DNA of 64,000 nt from Phoronis australis. Taxonomy: Eukaryota; Animalia; Phoronida. Shown piece by piece: positions 13,870 through 26,841 of this stretch. The position numbers were made by a program, and so were the translations under genes. Position 1 is the stretch's first letter; each line of letters opens with the position of its first letter. Location of the stretch: NCBI GenBank assembly GCA_002633005.1, contig NMRA01000029.1:1212086-1276085 (forward strand), given 5' to 3'. The notes under the pieces were generated by a model that saw only the letters and a program-made list of their open reading frames with translations, ran no database searches and had not been told where the DNA came from.

Positions 13870-14685
13870 CCGTGGTCATTTTTTCACACGGTCGTTATTT
13901 AATGCTACACCCGCTCGGTTGAGTATATTTCCACTCGGTTTCGAGTGGAAAATTCTGTATTTTGGGTATAGGTCGAGTGCGCAATTCAGTTGTACAGGTT
14001 TGATATTTTAGTTACTATGCACTTTACCTTTTTGCGTAAACTTTGAGTCACAATTAAAACAAACAACTAGGAAGCAAGCAGTGCGAATCTGCAAAATTTC
14101 TAAAGTCAACTTCGACTTAAGTACAGATTTTGGATTTGCTTGTTATGATACAACAGAAAATATCTGATTTTGGAATACATATTAACTAATGAGTTTTAAA
14201 GCCGTATATATTTCAATGAAGAATACCTTATCCACTTACATGTAGATGTACTGATTTGGATGGCTGGCGGGTAAGTTCGGGCATGCATGTTGTTTTTCAG
14301 TACAAGTAAAAACCCATGATTGTCATTAATACCAAATATTTACTTAAGTAGAATTAACAAACAACATCATAATAGGATATCAGCATATGCTGGTTATTTT
14401 TTAATTTATCTTAAATGGTCTCAAACACCAATGCTGAGGTGGAAACGCATGGTCGCTCCGCTTAAACTATGGTGGCAGAACCTAAAATACCTAGTGGCAG
14501 CACAACTGAGCTCCATGGCCGAAACAAAGAACCCATGACTCACTGGCAGGACCAAAAAATCAACTCTTTAGCTGCAGGCGTAACACTGCGAGCCCCTGGA
14601 TTTCCTGACTAGTGTCATAGGGCTCTCGGTGTTTCCGCCATTTTTGTCCTGTGTAACACATTCCAATATGGCGTCATATTAACGT
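13870..14685 (+). repeat. Dispersed repeat, uninterrupted copy (paralogues at 55050-60345 minus, 19590-19860 and 21560-21670)
   Basis: Long collinear identity with the reverse complement of 55050-55717, 56442-56550 and 60315-60335. ORFs 14320+ and 55396- give near-identical spurious peptides. Confidence 0.85.
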
Positions 14686-15814
14686 GTATCTAAGCTGCGC
14701 GCGCCCGGTCTATGTGATGTCTATGGTGCTCAGTCTTAAACGGTGCCGCGCGCGGTTAATTTCTAAAAAGCTAATTCTTGCTTTTAATCGCGTGATACAC
14801 GCGCTTCACACCGAAAAAACTGCAGACTGTGATGTTGGCATCACAAAGAATGTATCTGGTAGTGATATTTCTGAACCTTTTGCGATTGGTGACGTGTCGT
14901 CTGGGAAGAGGTGAGTTATTTAGTTTCAACATGAACTAGCGCTTCCATAGTAACATCCTAAGTTTTTGTTTGTTTACATCGTTATTGTAAAAAAACTATG
15001 TATTGAAGTGTCTGAATAAGTCGTAATCGTTGGCAACTGCTATTTTTATGTCTGAATTGAAACAAAGGCTAAAGGATTGCGCAATCCAAGAATGAGCTGT
15101 ACGAACAGCTAGGTACCACTGTTTGTATTTCTTCCGTAGACCCTTAAATTGCACACACCCAGGGTAGTTCTGGTCGTCACCTCGCAGTGAAACTTGTATC
15201 AACATACAGGCGTAAAGCTAAAGACCGGACGGTGTGCATGCAAAGTCTGGGAATCAACCGACACTCACTTTGCCCGTTACAGCCGTTTAAGCGAAAAAAA
15301 CAATGCAATAAACACCATTTTATTGCGTAACTCTCCGCCTTTTCTAACAATGAAAAGTATATCGTCATTTTGAAAACAGTATGCTCATGACACGCGCACG
15401 CACCAATTCCTAATTTTTTACGACATCTCTCGGGAGATGATGATAGCTTGACAGCAGCAAAAATTCTTCAGAAACTCGCTTTTTCGGTATTAAAATTCTA
15501 AAAATGTATAATGAAGTTAAACCAGTTCCGATAATTTGTTGTGACGTGTACGCAACCTTGTGAAAGAGCGACAGTTGATTGAAGAATTGGCGAAAAAAGA
15601 AACTGGCCAATAGGTGACTCAATATTTCATGGCGCCGAAAGCCGTCGCTAAAGATTGCTCCACAACTTTAGCAGCAGAATAACGGTAGAACGCCATTTTT
15701 GCCATCACCGTTAAATAATTTGGTTTACTCAAGGAAGACTGTAGTTTTTAATGGCACTAATAATTTTGTGTAAGATTTTGTCTTACCACTTTTTACCCAC
15801 ACCGGTACAAAGCT

Positions 15815-17880
15815 GTAGTAGTAGTAGTAGTAGTATTTGTTCATTATAGTGACAAGTACAATTAAATGAAACAGTTATAGGTATAACATTCGTAAGAATG
15901 ATCAGTACCCAGCCCAGTTGGGCCTATTAGTTACTTTAACCACATAACTCAGATGTAGGCCTATTATAAATGCGTCGGTTTCTAAGTTCAAAAGCAGACT
16001 TGATATATCTGGCAAATAGCCTAGGGAAATACTGAAATAGCTGTTTTAACGTATCTAATCTAGTGAAATCTACAAAGTTCGGGATTTGCAGTGAAACATT
16101 ATTAAACAGAATAGGCCTCCGTGAGTTATTAAGAGAACAATCAAACGCAAAGTGTAGCTCATCCTCTACAAAGCCAGAGTCACAACACAAGCAAAGTCTT
16201 TCACTTACAGGAGTGTTTACACAACTACCAGTTTCCAAGTGCAATGGGAGATTTCCTGCTCTAGCCAGAAGAGACCGCTCGGAACGAAATAAATAATCTT
16301 TACATACGGCTCAGTTTAAAACTCGTGCTTAAATAAAATGTGGGTTCTTAACTTGGGTTTAGTTACAGCAGATTCAGCCCGAGCATGTTTCGCGTATTCA
16401 AATAATTCGTTTCTAGCATCTGTTATGTTACAAGTAGTCAAATTTTGAAAACAGGATTGCATGCCAGTTATGTTAAGCAAATTTTTTATTCCGTCTATCC
16501 GACCCTTTCTACCAACAAAGTAGTCCTATAGAAATACCCTCTTCAGTAACCTATCACCACCTGTGGTTACTAGTTTGTTCCAAAGACGCAGCATATTGAA
16601 TATAAATCTATTTCCATGAGTGGCCGTAAATCGGTTAATCACGCATCGCTCTGTTTGAATATTTTCATCATTACCAAAACTTTTGTAACCCCAAACAGAT
16701 GACCCGTAATCGAAATTTGGTGCCACACACGAATTAAATAATGTCACTGTTTTAAACGTTTCGAATCCTAGATTCTGGTTATCACGTAATGTTGAACATA
16801 TCTTCCCTAACGCTCTACCAGAAGCTTCAAATAACGTATTCAAATTTTCTTTGAAGTCAAGGTGTTGATCCAGAATACAGCCTAAATATTTGTATGAGGA
16901 TTTATAACTAATGACACTGTTCAAAATAAATTCAAAATTGCTTCTAAGCATAGACTTAGCTCGAAAATGGACAACATTAGTTTTTGCCATGTTCACAACC
17001 ATTCTCCACTTTTTACACCAGTTGTTTAAAACCTTCAACATATCTTGCATGTCATTTTCATTCTGAGACAAAAATGCAATATCGTCGGCATAAAGGAGCA
17101 CTGAAATATTTTTCGGGCCACATTGGAACCTTTATCCAATTTTTTATATCCTAATAAGGTATACAGTCATAGCCGACGGCTTTGTTATTCTTTATTTTCA
17201 TAACAACATTTCTAACCTCATCAATACAGATTTCACAATTTAAGTCATGATCAAGGTTTTCAAATAAAATTCTTCATCAAATGGTGTATTTTCAGAAGTG
17301 CGTTTAAATAATTGTTCGTAATCAATTTCCATTTATTTAGAACGAAATTTTTGTCAGAGTTTATTTCATTATTTGAATCCAGAACTTCCAGGGGAACTTC
17401 GCTAAACTGTTTTGGTCCCAGTTTCTTAATATATGCCCAGAATTGCTTAGGATTTTCAATATTCAGATTCTCAATTTCAATCGCGCATTTTAGTTTCTTG
17501 TCAAATTTATATTGATCAGACAGAAATAGTTGTTTACAATGTGACAAGTTCCCGCGTCCTCTTTGACTTCTTAAAAATTTTTTCTCAATGTATTTAAAAA
17601 TTTTCCACAAATCATTAAGTTCCGAATTCCAGTAAGGCTGATTCCTTTTAAAGTACTTTCTTAGTTTACGACTCGGATAATAATCCTTGTAGTCCAGCAA
17701 AGAATCCATTTCCTTAACTAATAGGTCAACAAATGACTGATACACAATATCAAGTTGGTTCTGATGTTCATAGGATAACAATAATGAATCAGTTTTAAAT
17801 AAAATTTCTTCATTAAATGTCACATTATTACTTAATTCTACAGGGATATTGGAGGTGTCATATTTACGTTTTTTCGAAAG
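15815..17880 (-). mobile_element. Degraded LINE ORF2 (RT plus C-terminal CCHC; RTEX-like, clade uncertain)
   Basis: ISVLLYADDIAFL, WCKKWRMVVNMAKTNVVHF, YKYLG, and LHLETG..ERLCLCC..EDELHFAFDC. (TAC)n tail at 15815-15835. Contains frameshifts and lacks most of the N-terminal RT motifs at about 17150. Confidence 0.9.
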
Positions 17881-18880
17881 ACTATATTCAGTATACAGCT
17901 TTGTACCAAGGCTAGACGTTTCGCAGATGCTCAATCTGTCAAAATACCTGCAGTGCACCTAGTGAACCAAAAAATATATTATGAGTATAGAAGATGAATT
18001 GTACAGTCATGAATATTTCAGTAATGCAAGCGTCTTTGTACTTTTAAGTATTTTGATATTATTGTACTATGGTGACTGATTTACGTATGCGTCTGCATGT
18101 AAACTGCTGGTAAAAAGACGTAATTGTTATCAAAGTAAGTCGTTGAGTTATACGTGTACTTCTAATTCACGAGGCAGACATTAAAATCTAAAGTGATGCT
18201 CACTGCGATAAACGAAGCGAAATTTGACATTGCGTGAGTTAAATGGCTGGTCTTTCCAGTCCAACCTGGATATCAAATCCTAAAAATGTGTCAAAAATTA
18301 GTCACAGAGACGTAACAAAATACACCAGAGAACAAGTCAATGCACCAAAGAGTTGTCTGACGAAGTGTTTTCGGAAAACTAGGTTCGAAACATGAAAAGT
18401 AAAAGTGACCAAATTGCGGGGATCGTGCGATGGATTAAGTATATGCCGAACGCAGGGTTACATTTCTTCTTGTAAATTATTGACAAAGTGCTTCCTACAC
18501 GAACCAGGCCATCTGCTCGTATTTTGAATTGAATATATATCTGGCAGTGGTGGCTCATCGCATTTTGCTGTCATGTGCAAGTCTCATCAAGCATAGCCTA
18601 GGTCATGGTGGTGAGGTAGGGACTACCAGGACTAACAGCTAATTTGTCATTGATCTGCAAGAATGATTGATGTTATTAAATATATTTTTCATTATTTAAG
18701 CTAAAATTATCTGATCATCAATTCTGCTTTCTTGGTTTTAATAATTCTCACATCTATTTCATGTGTTAGGTTTCAAATATGAATCTGGACTAAGTTCGTT
18801 CGTCCAAAGCATAACCTTAACAAATAACCCATCTCGTTTTAGAGCTCAATTTCAGTTAATTGGACAGAGCAAGCACATGC

Positions 18881-19375
18881 CTCAAGTAGCATTTTGTGCT
18901 CTTCCAAATTGTCACCTGTGTGGTTACAAGTGACTTGAACTTCGAGCGAAAATTTTCCGTGGCTTTAAGGGAATTTTTCGGCCTCGTGGGGGACTCCAAT
19001 TTTGCGTGATTTTTCTATATTTTTGAACCGATAATAGAGCTGATATTCGGCCAAAAAATCGAGGGATTGAGGACCCTATCTTTTCTTGAAAGAAATGCAT
19101 AATGTTTCAACCCGTAGTCAGGAAATCACAGCCTGGCTGGCGAAGATTCACCGGTCGTTGCTACGATGCTCGGCAATCGAGATGCGACAAAACGTGTGAT
19201 CAAACTTTTGAGAATATGTATAATTATTGCCCGCAAATATTTTCCTTCGTCGCCGCATATAGCAACGACCCAACGCTTCCGAATCTCAACGTGTTTAAGG
19301 ATTGTAAAAAACAGATGAAAGTCCGTATTTATTCTATCGCCGTTCGAGCAACGCGGATCACAACTGTGCCGATTA
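18881..19375 (-). mobile_element. THAP-containing DNA transposon fragment (inverted paralogue of 28620-29095)
   Basis: Collinear reverse-complement match over about 480 bp to 28620-29095. Confidence 0.8.
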
Positions 19376-19934
19376 GCCCTTTGTTAATTTTAAATATTAC
19401 AACTTCAAAGACAATTTATTAGATTCTAACTGAAATATTTGTTACGAAAGCTAAATGCAGTTTACATTTGTTAAGTTTAAAATAAAACTTTTAACAAGAA
19501 CTGAGTTTACAATCCTCAGGATTTTGACAAAATTTCCAAGAGGTTTTGCCGATGTCATAAACCTGCGACTAGTGCAAGATTCTTTATATATTTATTTTTG
19601 TACAATTAACAAACAACATTACAATTAGAAAACAGCATTTGCTGGTGAATAATTATATTTTAACTGATCTGATATGGTCTCAATCAAAAAGACTGAGGTG
19701 AAACAACGCAGGGTCGCACGGTTTAAACTATGATGACAGAACCTAAAAAAAACTAATGGCATCCCCAAAAAGCCCATGGCCGAACCAACAAACCAATGTC
19801 CAGACTAAATGGCTCAATGGCTGGACCAAAAACTCAACTCTGACTACACCGCATAAACTCGGTGGCAGAGGATCTCCACTAGGTTTTTAGATTCGGCCAC
19901 TTAATTTAAGCGGTACAACCCATGCGTTACAACT

Positions 19935-20247
19935 ATTATTAAAATTTCTTGTCTATTTACACGGACCTCTTGTCTATTTACATTGTTACGACATTTCGGT
20001 GGGTCTATTCTCCGGCCATCGTCAGGTGTTTCTGCTTTCTTAGAAGAACGGGCACGGATATGTGGTACACTCGTCATGGTGTGATTTTTTACCCGAGGAA
20101 GGACTTGAACCCACTACTTCTGATCTGAAGCTACAGATATATTAGAGTTTAGCACCTTAAGCACTACACCACGGAGTCAACACGAAACGTCGTGACAATG
20201 TAAATTGACAAGAGGTCTGTGTAAATAGACCAAAAGATTTTAATAAT
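19935..20247 (-). mobile_element. tRNA-headed small element with Penelope-like inverted termini and degenerate hammerhead core
   Basis: About 64-bp inverted repeats at 19935-19998 and 20183-20247. Pol III A-box and B-box-like motifs at 20091-20177 (minus). CAC-CTGACGA-(stem)-GAAA-TGTC at 20028-19990 (minus). Confidence 0.6.
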
Positions 20248-22874
20248 CATGTAACACTCCACCACCTCAGAGCTGTTTTAGAAAGTCAACCCATGCATTG
20301 TTTCAATTCCTTGATTAAATGTTATTTTTAACAAAAGTTATGTTGGTCTACATCACTGGCATCCGATCATCAATAAACACAATAACAATTGCCAGGCATG
20401 TTGCTCAAGACTCAAAGACTATCAATAAAAAGTAACGACGGCGGCAAGTTGGTTGACATCTCAGAAGCGTCAGCCTTCCTGCACACTGCGACCCACTTCT
20501 TAAAGCCTAACTTCAACTTTTTTGTTACTTTAGACGTATTAGGCTAACCAGATAGTCCTAGCAAAGACTTAGTAAAATAAGAAAACGCGAGTTCAATCAC
20601 GCCAATGTCAAATGATTAGTGAAGCTGCCTTTTCGTGCCATGTTGCGTCACCGCGAGATCCCAGCACAAACAACAAAAGCTTGTATTGAATAGGGGTCTG
20701 AATAGAACACCAATGCGTGCGGGTGTTATTCGCAGCTGTTTGAATTAAAAGGTGATTCTCGCAGTGACGTAGAAGGTTCGTTACATTTGGCAATTTATGG
20801 CACTATTGGGCTTAAAGCGATGCTCTTAACATACTGTAGGAACCCAGTTTACTTGTGTTACCGTTGAAGATAGGCTTTAAACCGTACGAGAGACTTGCCT
20901 CTAGTAATAAATCTGTTGTCAGCTGAAGTAAATTCGTTAAGCGGTACATTTTGGTTGTCGGGCGATCTAATGTTTGTCAAACACAATTCCATCACCACCC
21001 TAGTCCTTACACGTACATATAATATCGATTGTGAAAACAACCCCAGACCTGGCCAATCCAATTTTCAGTGTGGCACCTTCATCCAAAAATATTCAAGGAT
21101 CGGTTAACGATTTTGAGTTGCAGACGCAAAATGCAAGCAGCGTATGTATGCCAAAATCATACGTACAGTATGGGTCAATTGACTCACAGCCACAGGGTCC
21201 AGTGGCCTCAAGTCTATGGGTCAAGTAAGAGAACCTATGGCAACGAGTCTTGGAGCAAAGTCAACACAATTTCAGTGCGCCAGTTGGCCCAAGTTAAACA
21301 ACGCCAGCTTGTGAATAACTATTTTTAAGCGCCAATGATGCCGGGCGCGGCCCTAAAATATTCCTGTAATCTAGGAATCACAGAATGTCCGGCTGTACGT
21401 GTATATTGGACTGCAGCCGAGACGACGAGAACATTTTTATACTGACAAAAATGATCTCTAAGTTTGCCATGATGATTTTAACTACAATAAGCACTTATTT
21501 GTGGAAAGTGGTACCTTGTGCCCGACTTGACTGGTTTCTGCAGTTGTGGCTGTTGTGGGCAGTAACACTGCGAGCAACCCCGATTTCCTGGCTGATGACG
21601 TTGCGCTCTCATGGTTTTGCGCCATTTTTGTCCAGTGTCACCTTTTCGAAATTGGTGTCTTATTGACAACGCTAGTTCCATGTATCCGAGTCCTGCACGC
21701 AAGGTCTGTTGTATTATGATGTCCATGATGTACGTTCTTTTTATTGTAAATATTGAGCATGTGCCGCCACACTCTCATCGTAAATAATCAGCTCTTAGTT
21801 CGAAGTGTGCAATCTTGACGATTTAAAAATGTATTTACACTGTGCATGTTCATAACTACGCTAATGTGTATCAGGAACTAAACGACAATACTATTTGATC
21901 ATCATTTATGCTAAACAAAGCGCAGTTGTATTCCTTGACAACTTGTTAATGTGAAAACAAAAACAATATGCACCTTAGAGTCCGACTATAGCCCACATCG
22001 TGCAGTGTTGTTACCACCACTACTTCACTATACATGTACATGTATTTGTACATTATAACGTCGCACGGAAATTAGGAATTGTATCGAATGATCGTGACGG
22101 TGATGGATAGTTTTACCAAAAAGACAAGCAAAAATGTAAAATACATAAATTTACGTTCAACACAGAGAATTACATGAATGTGAGGTTAACACCATAAATC
22201 GACATACGCTATAGAGCCTCAGCTTCAGATTTTATGGTTGCGAATTGCAGAAATTTCAGGTGCAGGCCCAAATTTTCACAAGTGTGATGTTGGCTGTACT
22301 TCGAGAGAAAGTTTTCGGTTATAAAGAATTGGTTAAATGCAGGACACTTTTCATTGTTCACAGTCTTTATTCCGTTACGTTCATACCTTCGGAACAAATT
22401 TCTACATTCAACTGAACATAGATAAAGTGCCGTGCGTTGAAGTTGATATTGTGATAGTTTGGGACGTTGCAACAATTTGGGCCTGTATACCCCCAAGTTT
22501 CGTTTGAAGTCTATATTTGTCGGTTTTCTTAAAGGGCAGCGTTTTTCAAGTGCTATGACTATTTTTTGTGATATGGTCCAGCATACAGTGTAGATTCGTT
22601 AATGGACGGGTCTAGTTTGTTCTTCTCTCAGTTTTACGCAGTTGTATTTAAACGATAAGGTTAGGGTGGAATTCAGGTTTTGGCGACGCATGTAATTTAC
22701 GGAGCATCACGTTCTTTTGAAGCAGTTGGAAGAGGACAACCCTTAATTACAACAAATAACCTACAATTATGCTCGGTAATGCAGAACTGCTATTGTTAGT
22801 CTAATTACCGGAGCTCAGTGTTGCCGCATGATGTCAGTCTTCAGCTTCTAAATTCTGTAAAATATCATTTTCAG

Positions 22875-23081
22875 AACCAGTCTATATAGACTTAGTAGAC
22901 AAGCCGACTGAACAGTCGTCAACCAGAAACAGTTATTCTGCCTCTTTCGCAGTGGACGGCAACAAGAACTGCGTTTACTCCCGAGGTGCGGGCACCAAAA
23001 AGGAAAAGAATCCCTGGTGGCGAGTGGATTTGCTGTCTTCCTACAAGATCAAGAGCTTGACAATCACCGCTTCTCATTGCT
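22875..23081 (+). CDS. Mosaic gene exon: F-type lectin (FTP/fucolectin) domain, N-terminal half
   Basis: ttttcag acceptor and gtaatg donor; 207 nt, phase 1-1. PVYIDLVDKPTEQSST..ASFAVDGN..EKNPWWRVDL..KSLTITASHC. Not listed in the ORF track. Confidence 0.9.
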
Positions 23082-24959
23082 GTAATGAAAATTACACATC
23101 TCATTTCATATGATGTCGAAGTAGTATGCATTCAATTTCTATCGTCTTATTGATTGATGTAGGCTAAGTTGCGTTCCGTAAGGTAAGTTTCTTGAAAGTT
23201 AAGTGTAGCCACGCAAAATCGCGCAATTACACAGGAATGGAAGTGTACTTATTCTCAAGTAAAAAAAACTAAACTTCTTGAAGGTATTTCACTTGAATAA
23301 ACCATTAAACTAGCTCAGGAGATAATCTCGCCGCAAATTTCGACATGAAGTTTGTGTGGTCGAAAGACTGCACTTCTGCAAGAAGTAAAGATCGCGAGTC
23401 TGTGAAACGATGCTTCCCGAACTTTGTTCTTCGACTTCAATTACAAGGGGGTTGCTTTATCAATGAAAAACCGTAAATGGATATCTTAATGAAACTACCC
23501 CTGTTTTACTGTCATTGATAAGATCAATGTAAGAATATATAACAATGTTCTACTGATAAGAGTTCATGAAATTAAAGAGTTATGTCATACCATGTAACTT
23601 TTAACCATTGATTATGCTCAGGCAATTATACTTTACAATGTACAAATTTTCTTGCCGGATATGTGAATGTTTCGCGTTTCCTGAACACGTCACATTTACA
23701 TTGATGATTTTTACTCTCCTTTTTCGCCAATTATTTTGTTCAATTAAAGCAGCATTAAATTGATGCTTATTGCAAAAGACATCTATCCGACTGCCTGTTC
23801 TTGTAGAGCCCAGGGGGCGCTTCATGAAGAGTGACTTAAGACTTACGAATTAAGAGCAAATGCTTGTCTCAGTTAAGACTGAAGAAAAACTTAGAAAAGA
23901 CCGTTTCATGAACACAAAGTCGGATTATGGTTTTTGGTCTTAACTTAGACAGAAATGAAGTCGTTTATTGATGTAGGTGAGTATACAAACTTCGCTGTCG
24001 CCACCGGTTGCGAATTCAAAGGTGTGAAATACGCTGAGAAAATAATATATAATTATTTTCTTTTGTACTCATATTCATCGGCCCAAAGTACCAGATATAA
24101 ACAAATTCATTGGAGCGCTGTGCACACTTGTCAGCAATACACAAGCTGTTCTGTTTTGGAGGCGTAGTATACATATTTCACAACTGATGTAAATGTATCA
24201 GGATTAAGTAACAATCTATGAAATTTAAACAGAGAGGAACTTGTCCAGAGGCTCTCACTTAGAAAATTAGCTCTGATTTCCGAAAAGCGTCACAAAGTAA
24301 GAAAATGTGATATTCATCCTCGACACAACAGGGCCGTCTCCGCGATAGAACTCTTCTTCGTCTTGGAGATAACAAAGCGCTTGACTAAGTTCTGGAAATC
24401 AGTCGGGCACATTTTTGTGGCTCAATGATTTTGGGAGGGCGAACAATTTCAGATAGCGCATCCATGAGTATTTGTTTAGTTTATCAAGCTTTGTCATGTC
24501 GGAGTTGCAGACCACAGCACAACAGTAATACTTCCTTATATTTGGAAGGACGGATAGGGCAATGCAACCAAAAAAACAGGCAACAACAAATGACATGTGA
24601 AAATCCAGTGGCACGAAAACGAGGCAGCAACTATGCTTGGCAGATATTTATGGCATTGTGGGTGAATACAGAGAAATTTGAGTATCACTGTGTAATCCGT
24701 GACGGCCCTATTTCTTAAGTATAATGTACACACTCTGTCTTGATATATCACATTTAAGTAACGACCAGTGCCTACTGCTTGTCTGTGATTTGAAAATGTT
24801 TGTTTTAGTTTATATTAAAGTGTAATAGACAGTAAGATTTTTGCTTTCATCAAGGAGTGCAGTACAATAGCAGTGTTCACTTGTGAGTTCGCTGTTTTCG
24901 CTACTACTAGCGCCACCAAGTAGCGAATTAGGAACGGACAAGTACGAAGCGCGAGAACA

Positions 24960-25830
24960 ATGGGGGAAGGGCGCCTTTGCAGCGCAATAAATTGCACAAA
25001 TTCATTCACGAAAACACCAGAACTATCGCTGTTTACGTTTCACAAGGATCCAAAAAAGGTAAGAATTATTTTTTATTCAATGATATGATACACTGTCTTT
25101 CATTTTGTGAGTTCTGTTTACGGTTGGAAGACTAGTCGATTGCAGTCCCGTCTGCAGTATAGACTACTTACTGCAGAGCCGGGCTTCAGGCGGAAAGGCT
25201 GTGATTAACGCTGTGATCATCGCCTTGTTTAATAATTAGCAGTTCATGTATTCCAAATCAAACTGTCAACATGTAAGTCACCCGAACGATTGCAAGGATA
25301 CTTTTAGAAAAACATCCCCGTGGACATCGGTCAATATGACCGGTGACGCGGCCACTGTCGCAGCCACAGAGCCTGAAATCTATCTATGCGTCAAGTTAGC
25401 ATCTGTAGGTCTTGGTGAAAAAAATCGGCATGATTTTAATGTGCCAATTGGCCCAAGTTAAGCAACACTAATGCATCAGTGAAAACCTCTACGTGCCAAT
25501 GATGCCGGTATCGACATCTAAGTCCTAGTTTTTTAGTTGAAACCAAGACTTTTGTCTCTACCACAGGCACAGTGCGACAGGACTGCTGAAGTTTAGTGCA
25601 AGGTACTAGTCTTCTATGAGCTTGGTGAATGTGAGTTGTGTTCCCGAGTATTTCATTGATTTCTCGTAAGTGGAAGCGCTGGAACCCGACCTTATGAATA
25701 GAGATGCAGCCTACTTGTCCAAGAACTGCAAGTTATGCTTTTACCACTTCAATGAGTCCATGTATTGGATGCTCGTATGAAGAACAAGCTGGTAGAAAAT
25801 GCAGTGTCAACAATATTCGATGGCCCGAAA
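24960..25830 (+). pseudogene. THAP-domain relic (THAP12/PRKRIR-like, transposon-derived)
   Basis: Exon 24960-25058 reads MGEGRLCSAINCTNSFTKTPELSLFTFHKDPKK followed by gtaag. A later degenerate piece reads DLMNRDAAYLSKNCKLCFYHFNESM..KNKLVENAVSTIFD at about 25690-25825. Confidence 0.7.
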
Positions 25831-26082
25831 AATGAAGATGTCGAAAAGCTCTCCGGAGATTATGTATATAAAGGCTGTGGAAAAGACATATTTGGATATC
25901 TGTTTATCGTCTCATAAAGCAAGCATTTCACTGGGACATCACGTGTAGAAAGGACAAGTCGTGAAAAAGTATCAGCTCTTTGAGCGCTGTTCAGTACCTC
26001 TTAAAATATTTTATCACGACATTTTGCTACTTTGACTGGTTATGAGTGATGATATAACGAGTGTTAATATGTTTTATAAGTC

Positions 26083-26305
26083 AACACCCCATTTGGCACC
26101 GACATAGGTTTTAGCTGTTTTGCACTCCGCCCATGAACCACCATGACCCCCGGTAGACGGTAAACACCCCATTTGGCACCCACATGACTTTTAGCTGTTT
26201 TGCACTCCTCCCGCGTACCACCATGCATCCCGGGAGACGGTAAACACCCCATTGGGCACCCACATGCTTTTTAACTCTTTTGCACTCCTCCCATGTACTA
26301 CCTTC
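26083..26305. repeat. 80-bp tandem repeat, about 3 copies
   Basis: aacaccccatt(t/g)ggcacc recurs at 26083, 26163 and 26243. Confidence 0.9.
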
Positions 26306-26841
26306 CTGGCATTTGGTAGCAAATGCCTCCTGAACCCCCAAAAGCGATCACTAAATAATGTAGTCCATGGAGGTATCAAATGTAATTAGGAATGGAAGTT
26401 TGCCTTATTAAAACTCAAACATGAACCAAGACCAAGGGTTTTGTAGGGAGCTTCAAGAGAACGACAGCAAAAATCTTATTTTCTATTCAGGCCCTTAGCC
26501 AGCAATGCGCGGGGAGTTGTTTGAATTTCTAGAACGATGGACCTCTTATGCTTTGCAAAGGCCTTTGACGCACTTTAATTAGGGGGAAGGACATTCTGTA
26601 TTTTCAACGATGACTCTCAGCTCTATGTTCCTGAATAGGACTCAAATTCGGATATGTACTGTGGTCCAAAAGATATCGTTTTCGCGTTACCTTCTACCAA
26701 ACTTTCAAATCTGTTATGCTAAAATGATTGAGTACACCTTATTACATACTCGGGCGGAATTTTTTGGTCTGAAAATGACTTCACGAATTTTTTATCTGGT
26801 TGTATTTTTGCGTTTTACACATACTAACAGCGCCAGAAATG

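Noticed and set aside
18770-18935. Open frame after a plausible acceptor (GFKYESGL...)
   Set aside because: No recognisable domain or good donor; it runs into a transposon fragment.
20895-21340. ORFs as possible upstream host exons
   Set aside because: No domain motif, and the distal part matches a dispersed repeat at about 25320-25510.
26083-26305. CRISPR-like array
   Set aside because: Whole 80-bp units repeat with no unique spacers; eukaryotic context and no cas genes.
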